Translations under genes and position numbers: made by a program
Origin: a virus
Direction: 5' to 3' (one strand)
IMG/VR virus record: IMGVR_UViG_3300010370_000028
Location: 32,001 to 96,000 of that record
Length of the DNA stretch: 64,000 nt
Shown: one piece after another, positions 9,614 to 20,600 of the stretch
Position numbering within the stretch: position 1 is the stretch's first letter
Layout: each line of letters begins with the position of its first letter
The notes under the pieces: generated by a model
The model's input: only the letters and a program-made list of their open reading frames with translations
The model's database searches: none
What the model was told of the DNA's origin: nothing

Positions 9614-9901
9614 ATGAATGCTAAAAATTCTTTAGAAAAAAAGTCAAAACAGTCAATTACGGCTATTTTTAAACAGATGTTAATGATGATCGAGGATATG
9701 AAACAAGATCACGACTATCATTATAAAAAATTATATGATAATATTCCAGAAGAATATCACTCCGTAATTTCAGCTGCAAATCATTTTGACGAATCAAAAT
9801 TGGCTTATATTCGCAAAAGAATATTAGATCAGGGAAATGAGTGTTTAAGGAATTTTTCTGATGAAATTAATAATTATACTGTAAGTTTTGTTTTTAAATA
9901 A
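9614..9901 (+). CDS. Hypothetical protein
   Basis: 95-aa ORF filling the gap before 9919. Confidence 0.6.
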   Translation: MNAKNSLEKKSKQSITAIFKQMLMMIEDMKQDHDYHYKKLYDNIPEEYHSVISAANHFDESKLAYIRKRILDQGNECLRNFSDEINNYTVSFVFK

Positions 9902-9918
9902 TATAATAGAAAAATAAT

Positions 9919-10674
9919 ATGGAATTCAAAGAATTATATAGTTTCACAGTCGATAAGGAAGTAGAGAAAACAATTGAATCTACTAAAAAGGATAAGAAAA
10001 CAGGGGAAGAAATTACTACCAAGAAAAAGGTAAAGGAAAAAGTACCCGTTTCAATTCGTTTAAAAAGACCTTCACGCAGAGAATTGGAAGAAGCTGAATT
10101 AGAGTTCAGTGTTGAAATGAGTCGCTGCGTTAAAAAGGGTATTTTAACAAAAGCTATGCTTGCCAAAAAGTATAGTGACACTGGTGGCTTGATGAGTGAA
10201 GATGCCGCTGGTTCATTAGTCGATGCTTATAAAAAGATTTTTGATTTACAAAATGAATATTCCCGTCTTGAAATTATTCAAGATAAATCTGATAAACAAA
10301 AGACTAGGGTTGAAGAAATTACAAAAGAACTCGCCGCAACTCGCCGTGAAATTGTAGAATTTGAATCAAACTATCAATCTCTTTTCGATCATACTGCTGA
10401 TGTTAAAGCTCAGAATCGTTTGATTTTATGGTATGTTATCATGCTTACTTATATTCAAGAAGAAGAAGATGAAAATCCAAAACCATATTTCGGGGCTGGT
10501 GATTTTGATCAAAAAATTGAAGAATATTATAAAAGAGAAGAATCTGATGATAGTCTTTATTTTTTAATTACTAAGAAGGCTGCGACTATTTTAGCTTTCT
10601 GGTTCTTTAATCAAGCTTCCGACAAAGAATCATTTGATGGTTTAATGGAGAAACTTGAAAAGAATGAAGTGTGA
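9919..10674 (+). CDS. Putative tail assembly chaperone
   Basis: Charged/coiled-coil 251 aa, two genes before the tape measure. Confidence 0.45.
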   Translation: MEFKELYSFTVDKEVEKTIESTKKDKKTGEEITTKKKVKEKVPVSIRLKRPSRRELEEAELEFSVEMSRCVKKGILTKAMLAKKYSDTGGLMSEDAAGSLVDAYKKIFDLQNEYSRLEIIQDKSDKQKTRVEEITKELAATRREIVEFESNYQSLFDHTADVKAQNRLILWYVIMLTYIQEEEDENPKPYFGAGDFDQKIEEYYKREESDDSLYFLITKKAATILAFWFFNQASDKESFDGLMEKLEKNEV

Positions 10675-11657
10675 GTGAAGAAGAATATATAGCCATTGTT
10701 GGTGAAATATTTGATGGGTATACTGAGTTTTACTTTAAAGGTGAACCAGTATACCTAAAACATTTTTCTATTAGAGATCAAAGGTATATTCATAAATACT
10801 ATAATAAATATAAAAACATTGCAGTTAATAAGGGTATACCAACTGAGGAAGAAGCTTTAAAGCGATTAAAAGAAGATGATTTGTGGTCTAATGATGATGA
10901 TTATAAAATATCATCTTTAGAACTTGAAGTCGATAATTTAAAAGACTCTTTATTAAATACTATTCTTCCTTCACAAAAAAAAGCTTTACAAGAAACAATA
11001 AACGAGAGGCAAAAAGAGTTAAATATTTTAAAAATTAAAAGAAAAGAAGTGGTTGGTACTACTGCCGAAGATTTTGCTAATTCTAGAGCTAATGAAGAGT
11101 TTATTAGATATATTTTATTTAAAGACCAAGAATTAAAACAACATTTATTTACTGAAGAAGAGTTTGGAAATTTAGATGATAAAGACATCACCGCTTTGAT
11201 TAAACAAAACTCAAGTTGTTCTAGTAGATTAAATGAAGAATTAATTCAAGAAAGTGTATTAAGAGATTTTTTTAATATGTATCTTTCTCAAACTGAAGAT
11301 GTTTCATCTTTTTATGGAAAACCAATTATACATCTTTCTGTTTATCAACTAAAGTTAGCATTATATGCTAGAGTATTTTATAATATATTCCAATATAATG
11401 ACGATATTCCAAATGGAATTAAAAAAGATCCATCTGCTTTATTAAGATTTGCAGAAAGTAAACGTAGCGGTGGTAACAATAAAGTTTTATCAAAGATAAA
11501 AGATAAAGATTCTGGAGCAACAACTCTTTTTGGTGCAACAAAAGAAGATTTGCAAGAGGTAATACCAGATGCACCAACGATTTCATTATCAGATCATATT
11601 AAAAATAGTGGAGGTACTTTAAGTATGGATGATATGATTAAATTAATGGGAGAATAG
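10671..11657 (+). CDS. Putative tail assembly chaperone / pre-tape-measure protein
   Basis: GTGA overlap with the previous gene; FYGKPIIHLSVYQ segment; directly before the tape measure. Confidence 0.45.
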   Translation: MSEEEYIAIVGEIFDGYTEFYFKGEPVYLKHFSIRDQRYIHKYYNKYKNIAVNKGIPTEEEALKRLKEDDLWSNDDDYKISSLELEVDNLKDSLLNTILPSQKKALQETINERQKELNILKIKRKEVVGTTAEDFANSRANEEFIRYILFKDQELKQHLFTEEEFGNLDDKDITALIKQNSSCSSRLNEELIQESVLRDFFNMYLSQTEDVSSFYGKPIIHLSVYQLKLALYARVFYNIFQYNDDIPNGIKKDPSALLRFAESKRSGGNNKVLSKIKDKDSGATTLFGATKEDLQEVIPDAPTISLSDHIKNSGGTLSMDDMIKLMGE

Positions 11658-11667
11658 TATTTTTTAT

Positions 11668-11673
11668 GTGTAA
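11668..11673 (+). promoter_or_regulatory. GTGTAA putative late-promoter motif
   Basis: 21 nt upstream of the tape-measure ATG, followed by AAGGA-type SD. Confidence 0.55.
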
Positions 11674-11694
11674 ATATTCCTAAAGGAATAAGGA

Positions 11695-14600
11695 ATGCCA
11701 CTACAAGTACCAGTAACTCAAACAGGATTAGAAGCGAGCATTATAGCGGCAGCTAAAAAAGCTGGCAGGAACTTAAATATAAATCTAGGTACTAATACTA
11801 GAAGTATTAGCGCCTTATCTCAACCACTTGGAAGAATTACTGGTCAGGCTGATGAATTTACAAAATCAATGGAAGCCGCAAATGCTCGTGTATTTGCTTT
11901 CGGTGCTTCAGTTGGTATTATTAATGGAGTAACTAAAGCTTTTGGAGCATTAGTTAGAAATACAATTGAGGTTGAAAGATCTCTTGTAGAAATTAATACA
12001 GTTTTGGGAGCGAGTAGCGACTCTTTACAAAAATTTGGTAATAAACTTTTTGATGTAGCTAAAAGTACTGGTCAAACTTTTGATATTGTTGCCAAAGGTG
12101 CATTAGAACTTGCAAGACAAGGTTTAAGTACAGAAGAAACTTTAAAAAGAATTAATGATGCACTTATTCTTTCAAGACTTTCTGGTTTAGATGCACAACA
12201 ATCTGTTGAAGGTTTAACAGCGGCATTTAACTCATTTAAAGAAACTGGAATTACAACATCTCAAATTCTTAACAAATTAGTTGTTGTTTCTCAAAAATAT
12301 TCTGTTTCAGAAAGAGATTTAATTGAAGGTCTTAAAAGATCTGCGTCTGTTGCGGATCAAGCTGGTGTTTCTTTTGATGAATTAGTTGGTATTATTACAA
12401 CCGTTCAAGAAAGAACTGCTCGTGGTGGTGCTGTTATTGGTAACGCATTTAAAACAATTTTTGCTCGCATACAAGATAGAGGAGCATTAGAAGATTTGCG
12501 TAGTTTTGGTATAGAAATTCAAGATGTACAAGGAAAAATTTTACCAGCAACACAAATTTTACAAAACTTAGCTGGAGAATTCAATAAATTAACTCAAGTA
12601 GAACAGGCAGATCTTGCCAAAAAACTTGGCGGTGTCTATCAGTTATCAAACTTATTAGCTGCAGTTAAAGATTTATCAAGTGAGCAGTCTAAGTATGTTG
12701 ATATTGTTAAACTTTCAGCTGGAGCAACTGATGAAGCTTATAAGAAAAATGCTGCATTAAATGAAACTCTTGCTACTTTAATTAATAAAGTTACTCTTAG
12801 CGCACAACAACTTGGTGCAACTTTAGGAGAAATTGGTATTGCTGATGGCTTAAAGAAGTTATTAGATTTTGTTAATTATATTTTTGAAGGTTTCCAAAAA
12901 ATCCTTGGAGAAGAAAGTGCATTAGGAACTTTATTTAAAGGGTTAGCAAAGGGAATTGGAAGTGTTTTAGCTGGTCCTGGTTTAGCAATATTTGCAGCTA
13001 TTATTGGAAAACTTTCTATACAATTAGCTGGGTTTGGTGTTGAAGCTTTAAAGTCCTTCTTTAAAATAACCTCCACTTCAAAAGAACTTCAAAATATACA
13101 AGGTGCTATTACAAGCACTTTATTAAATAATAAACAAATACAACAACAAATTTTAAATCTTGAAGGCAATAGGGTTGCTCAAGCACAATTTATAAGTACA
13201 GCTTTAAATGAGCAACTTAAAACAATGCAGAGAATGCAAAGCATTGCAGCATCTATAACTCCAGATGTTTATGCAGCAACATCTGGCGCTCGAAAAAGTG
13301 CGTCAAAAAATGTAGCTGGTGCAGCTGGTGGTTATATGCCAGCAGTTGCTGGAGAAGCTTCAGATATTCGTCGTGGTGTTGGTGGGGCAAGAGCTGGTGA
13401 TAAACCAGTAGTAATTCCAAATTTTGCATTTGGTGGCGGCAAGAAAGGAACTATGGTTGCTCATACTGGTGAGTATATTGTTCCTAATTTTGCAAGAGGT
13501 GGGTCTGCTATCTTTAATAGAGATATGATTGCATCAATGGGTCTTCCATCTGGCGCTAAAAAGATTGGTGCTGCTGGAGGATTTATTCCAAATTTTGCTG
13601 AATGGTATGATAGTTCAACTAAAAAAGTAGTAACTTCAACAGATTATCCAAAAACTCCAGGGAATTGGACAAAAATTGCCAGTAATTCCCAAACCTATAG
13701 AAAATATGCAGATACTTTAGAAAATTATAAACTTCCTAATGTTGACTTTTATCTGTTCCCAGATGGAACGGGTGGTCGTGGAGCTACAGTTAGAGGCGCT
13801 CTTGGTAGAAGTAAATCTAAAGCAGTTGAGAATATTGAAAAACAACAGCAAAAAGTTGAAAAATCTGGGTTTTTTAATTTAAATGCAGATCAGCTAGGCG
13901 GAATCCTTCTTGTTTCGCCTAGATTTGGTAAAGGAGTCGGTAGTTTAGATACATCAATGCAAATTGCAGAAATACCGATCTTTAATCAAGGCAAATTCCA
14001 AGTTGATAAAAATAAATATATTAATTTAAAAGGAGTTAAGACATCTAATACTCCAAGCGGAAGAGATTTACAAGGATTACAGGGAGATATAAGTCAATTA
14101 TTCGCAGGTGGAATTGTAGATCTTGCTTATAGATTATATGGAAGCACTTTTGATCCAGCAAGCGCTGGAGAGTTTACTCAAAAATTAAAATCTTTAGATA
14201 GTTCAAATAAACAACAATTAATACCACAGGCTGCACAAGGAGATTTATTTGAGGCTGCTGGTAAAGTTGCCCTTAATAGTTTTAGCAATTTAGAATCTTT
14301 ATTTGGTTCTGCAGAACAAAATAGACCGTTTGATTTTCAAAATCCAGCTGCATTACAAAAAATGTTTGGAGTTAGTGTTTTAAGAGGGGAAGCGAAAAGA
14401 GGGGGAGAAAAAAACTTTTCGTCATCCAAACAAGTATCTGGTATTATTAAGAAAGTTTTTAATGATCCAGAATATTCTCCAAAAGCATTAGACGCTTTAA
14501 AAGCTCAAGGAGCTTTTAGTGCAGAGATGCAAAAACAGAAAAAAGAAGAAGAAATTTCTAATGCTGTAAGTGGTTTTGTTCCTAATTTTGCAAAAATTTT

Positions 14601-17600
14601 TGATTTAGTTAAAAATTTCAGTAGTACTTTATCACCTAAATTAAAACTTTCAAAATCTTCAGATAATAGATTAAATGAAAATGATTCAGTTAATTTAATT
14701 GGTAATAGATTTAATAAATTGTTTGTACCAAAAAAAGATGGTGAAAATGGAGAAAGATATGAAAAAAGGGTTTTAAGCGAATTAGGTTATACCTCATCAA
14801 TAGGTTTAAATTTTAAAGGTAATTCTGCAATTGATGGATATAAAAATGCTACCTCACTTGTAGAAGTGAAAAGTGGATTTTATAATGAACAAGATACTAA
14901 ACTTAAATTTTTAAGAGCATTAGCAGAAAATTATGGAACAAATAATCAATTAGATATATGGACTAGCAATATTGATGACTTTAAAGTTAATGGATTATTA
15001 GTTCATTCTGATGAATCTGACATAAGTAATAAAAGTAAACCATCACAACTACGAAAAGATTTTCAAATGTCTGACGCTTTAAGAGCGAATAAATACAATC
15101 GCTTAAAAAGATTTTCTAAAGGCTATATTCCTAATTTTGTAAGTCAAAAATATATATTAAATACTCTTGCTAGAATAAAAGCTGGGACAAGTGGTTTCTC
15201 AAAACAAGAACAAGAGACATTCTTAAATAAATTCGGCGCAAAATCTACTGGTAAAAAAATCTCTCTTAGAGAAGTTTATGATAAATTAGATGGAGAAGTT
15301 GGAATTGCTCAATTAATTGATAAAGCCTATTCTGCCGCTGGACTTACAGCGTCTAACGAAGAAGTTTATAGAATGTTTGAAAAACAAACTAAAGCAAATC
15401 CTTATCTATTAAGATCTTTAGTTTCAAAAAAAGGCTTTGTTCCTAACTTCGCAGATCCACTTAAAGAAGCTATAGGTCGTGAAATGTCTGCTGGTGTTCC
15501 AGCTTCACAAATTTATGTAGACCAAAATTCATCATTAAAGAATCCAATGAATCCAATGGGATTAATGGTTGCTAATCGTCGTGATGAACCATCTGGTGGT
15601 ATGCAAGGAATTAATCGCGCTAGAAAAGAAGGCGCTAATCCAATGATGTATGGTGCAGCTGGAGGATTTGTTCCTAATTATGCATCAATTCCAGCAATGC
15701 CAACAATGGGATCAGTGGGTAGTTCATCTGTTGCAAATAAATTTAACGCAGCTTTAAATAAAGCCACCTTAGAATTACAAAATGGTTCTACGACTATTAA
15801 TCAAGTTATTGCTGAATTAGGTAAAATAAGACCGACAGCTACAAAACTAACTGCAAATGCGCAAGCATTAGCTCAAAAATATCAAGAAGAGCTTTTACAA
15901 AGGCAACAAGCAGTTGCTACAAGAATCTTAGAGTCTAATGCTGGCAAAAAATTAGCAGCTCAATTAGATAAAGTTTATATTGAATATAATAAAAGCCAAA
16001 AATCAGCGGCAGATTTAGATGCTGCACAAAAAAAAGCAGCAGCAATATTACAAAAAACAAGTTTAAGTCAATCAAGTCAAAGAGCAATAGTTTCTTCCAC
16101 TGGTTCGTTGGCTGGATCTAGATTAACAGCGCAACCTCAAGCTACTGGAGATTTGTTAACTAAAATGTTTGGTTTGCAAACAGCATTAAGTCTTTTAACT
16201 GGTGCTACTTCTGATACAGAAAATGCTTTTGCTACAGCTGCTAATGCGATTACAAGTGTAGCTTCTAGTTTTACATCTGTTTATTTAGTATTTGAAGGTT
16301 TAAAAGGTGCTGGTGGTAAACTTGGAAGTCTTTTTGGAGCTTTAGGTGGTAAACTTGGTATTTATGCAGCTGGTGCATATGCACTTTATGAAGGTTGGCA
16401 GATTCTTGCTAAAAACCTAGATTCAACAAATAGCTCAATTAATAATGCTTCTTACGCAATGGAAGGTCTTGCAAAAGCGGCATCTGGAGCAACAGTTAAT
16501 TATGGGACATTATCAGAATCACAAAAGAAAAGAATTAAAACATCAAGAGAAGGATTAATTGAAGGAGGAAAATTGTATGAAAAGGTAACGTATGATGCAA
16601 AAGGAGAACTTAAAAATCGTGCGTTAATGAAAGCCTCTTTTGAAGGATATAGCGATGAGTTGGAAACACAATTTGAAGGCGCAATAGACCAAGCTTTAGC
16701 TGTAGGTGTTTCATATGATGTAATGTTCAATAAATTTAACGCAGCTGCAAAATCTGCAAATAAAATTACAGCCGAAGAAGTTGAAGGTATGATAAATGAG
16801 TTTAAAATTTTAGCTGAAGAAATAGCTAAAGTAAAACCAACAGATTTTCTTAAAAATGCTGGTATATTTGAGGGTGGAAAAAATGCAGAATTTGCTAAAA
16901 AATTTCAAAACTATACTTCTGATCAATTAGAAGAACAATTAAAATTATTTAATGAAAAAGGAAAAGGTAAAGGAACTACACAGCTACAAGAACTTATTAC
17001 GCAATACACCCCAATTAGAGGTTTAACAGCTCAAAAAGATTTTGCTAGAGCAGCTTATCAACAACAAAAAGAGGCTGCAAAAGTTCAAGAAGAAAGCATT
17101 AAAACAGCAACAGAAAGTGCAAGTCTTTCATTATTAAAACAACAGTTAGAAAACAGGATAGCTTACAAAAAAGCTTTATTTGAAGCTTCAAGTGCTGAAG
17201 AATACTCTTTAGAGCTTCAAAAAGAAATGTTATCAGTTAGTGAAAAAGATAGAACATTAGCTGATTATAAATTACAAAGTTTACAAGCCGCCAAAAAACT
17301 AACATCAGAACAAGCTGATGCGACTATTGGTATTTTAAAAGATTCAGAATTAATTCAGAAAAAATTACAAGCCGCTGGAGTTGCTGATAAAATTGATCCA
17401 GAAAAATTCAAACAATTAACTTCTGCCGCAGAAGAAGTCGGAGATGCAATTCTAAAGCAAGGTGGATACACTGATGAAGTTAAAACTAAATTACAGGCAT
17501 TATTAACACCTTTAAATTTAACAGCTGAACAGCAAAAATTAATTCGTGATACAGTTCAAGAAACAAATGATCAATTAGCAAAACAAGCTGCTTTACAAAA

Positions 17601-20600
17601 TAAATTAAATGCTCAATCTAATTTACAAAAAGCAACTTTAGAAGCTATAAATTTCATTACTCAAAAAAGATCTGAAGCAATTACTAATCAATATGATAAG
17701 CAGTTAAAAGCAAATGAATTGGAAAAAAGAAGAATTGATTTAGAAAAAGAAGCGGGTATATTACAATTAGAACGTAGAAAAATTGGCGGCGGCGCTGGAA
17801 GTAATTTAGGTGTTGATAGAGAAATTGCTCAATTAGAAAAAAATGCAATAAAATTAAAATTTGATATTGATCAAAAAGATTTAATAAATCAAGTAAGAAA
17901 AGCACTTGCTGAAGCGGCATTAAGTGCGGGGTTAACGCCAACTGAAGTAGAAAATCTAAATTTACAAAATGTAACAACTAAAGAACAGGCTGTAGATAAA
18001 GCTAAAGAAATTGAAGACATTGAAACAGAAATAAAAATAAAAAAATTAATAGCAGCTCAAGAAGAATTTAAAAAAACTATTTTAGCTTCCAATTACTTTA
18101 AAAATCAAGTAACGAGTGCGGCAGATATATTTCTTCAAAAAATTCAAGAAGCTTTTCCTGGGGCTAAAACTTCATTTGTAACTCAAGACGACTTAAACCA
18201 ATATGTACAAAATTTAAATAAAGGGGATGCAGGTGGGGCGCAAACGCTTCCCCCAACTGTTGTTACACCTGAAGAAGATTTAATAGCAAAAGGACAAGCG
18301 GAAATTGATGCTTTACTTGCAAACAGAAAAACGGGAGATTCTTCTTTTGTTGGTGATGTTGAAAGATTGTTTGATGAAAATCAAAAGATTAAATATCTTG
18401 AATTTCAAAATGCTCTTACAGAAATAGATAATCGTCTTTTAGCTGCTGGAGGATCTTTAACTACATTTGCTAATTTAGTAAGAGATGTATTCAGTAATTT
18501 GCCAGAAAATATTGCTCAAAATCAATTTGCAATGTTAACTGCAACAGATACTCAGTCCATCATAGGAAATGCTGTAGAAGCAAGAAGAAATGCTATATTA
18601 GCGCAGGGACCAAAAGATGAAACAACTATTGTCAAAGCCGCTGACGCTACAGCAATTTATGAAAAAGAACTTGAGATCAAAAAAGCAATCACTGCCGCAG
18701 ATAAAATTAACGGCGAATTTGAATTGCAAAAATTAAAAGAAATTCTTCCACTTAGATTAGAATTATTAAAAGCTGAAACAAATGAAGAAAGAGAAGCTAT
18801 AATTGATAGAATCATAGCAAAGGAAAAACAAAGACTCCCAATTCTTCAAAGAATAAAAGCCGAATTTTCTTCTACCGCAGAACAAAGAACTGCAGAACTT
18901 GAAGATTCTGTTGTAAATGCTTCTGTTCAATTTAGAGATAATATAGTTGAAGGAATATCACAAGCTATTGAAGGAGGTTCAAGTTTAAAAGATATATTAT
19001 TAAATGCTGCTCTTGAATTTACTAGAGAAATAACAAAAGCATCTTTAAAAAATGCTCTTGGTTCAATAGGAAATTTATTTAATTTCGGAGGAGTTGGAAA
19101 ATATGCCTCTGGTGGTATGATTAATGGAGGTTCTGGATCAAAAGATGATGTTCCAGCAATGTTAATGGGTGGAGAGTTTGTTGTAAATAAAAAAGCTGTA
19201 CAAAAATATGGACCAGACTTTTTACATGCAATTAATAATGGCACATTAGGTGGATACGCTAAAGGTGGCGGTGTTAAAAAATTTACTGATCAAACAGGTG
19301 AGGGTGGATATTTCTTACCAGGTTTATATGGTAATGAATCAGTTGCTAGTCAACAAGGTTTATTTGATTTTGCAACACAAAATTATACATCTGGAGCTAG
19401 AGATGTAATTTCTTCTGGAGAAAATTATGCATCAATTAATTTAGAAACGGAAAGTTTTAGATTAACTCAAAGAGGAAGAGAGAATAATCCAATGTTTGCT
19501 GCCACTCAATCAGCAAAAGAGCAAGCATTAGGATTAGTTTTTCAAGAAGCTGAAAACTGGGAAAAATATCGTGAGGCGGTAGAAGAAGCAAAAAGACAGG
19601 AAAAAGAAAGACAAAAAGCAATTCGAAAACAATTATTAATATCTGCAGCAATGGCTGTTGGTAGTGCTGTAGCTGGACCAGTTCTTGGTGCTGCTGCATC
19701 TGGATTTAAAGCTGCATTTGGAGCTTCATCTGCCGCTAATAATGGATTTTTAACAAATCTTGGCGCTGGACTTAAGGGTATATTTACTGGTGGTCAATTA
19801 GCAGGAAGCACCCTGACTCAAAATGTTGGAGGTTTAAATAATTTATTTGCTAGTCTTGGTAAAGGACTAACTGGTAATTTTGCAGAAGCTGGAAATCTTT
19901 TTAAATTATCACAAATAGGAAGCGCCGATCAACTACAAAAAGCTTTTGCTGGGAGTATTACATCTAAAAGTAATTTTTCTAATTATTTAACAGATAATGG
20001 GTATATTCCACAAGCCTCTATTGTTAACGAGGGAGGAATTGGTATTAATGGAACTAACAATTGGTTTTCCAATATTTTTGGTGGGGTGAAAAGATTTTTA
20101 GGCTTGGGTCAGGGTAGAGATATAGATGAAAATGGGTTTGAGTCAACAGCTATTGATAATCCAGCTGTGGGTATGAGTAGACAAGAATTGCTTGAATTAA
20201 CTCAAGACCCATTAATGAGAGATATTTATAATCAAAATCCAGCTGAATGGAAAAGGCGAGCGACTGGTGGAATTATTCCTTCAACCTCTGGTATAGATAC
20301 TGTTCCAGCAATGCTTTCTGGCGGTGAGTTTATTATGAATAGAGCCGCTACTCAAAACATTGGTTCTGGTAATTTACAAGCGTTAAATTCTGGTGGAGGT
20401 TCTGTTGTAACTGAGGAAAAAACAGAAGAATTAAATGATAAATTAATTTCTAAATTAGATGAGTTAATACAAGCGAGTATATCAAAAAGTTCAGTTGGAG
20501 AAATTAATATAAATGTTGATAGTAGCGGTAAATCTAAAGAATCAAGCTCTAATGTTGAAAGCGGTGGACAAAGCCAACAACTTGCAAGAAGTATTAGAGA

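Noticed and set aside
10640-10680. Programmed -1 frameshift joining the two pre-tape-measure genes (lambda G/GT type)
   Set aside because: No XXXYYYZ slippery heptamer, and the -1 frame has TGA at 10665-10667 just before the GTG start, so this is a simple GTGA overlap
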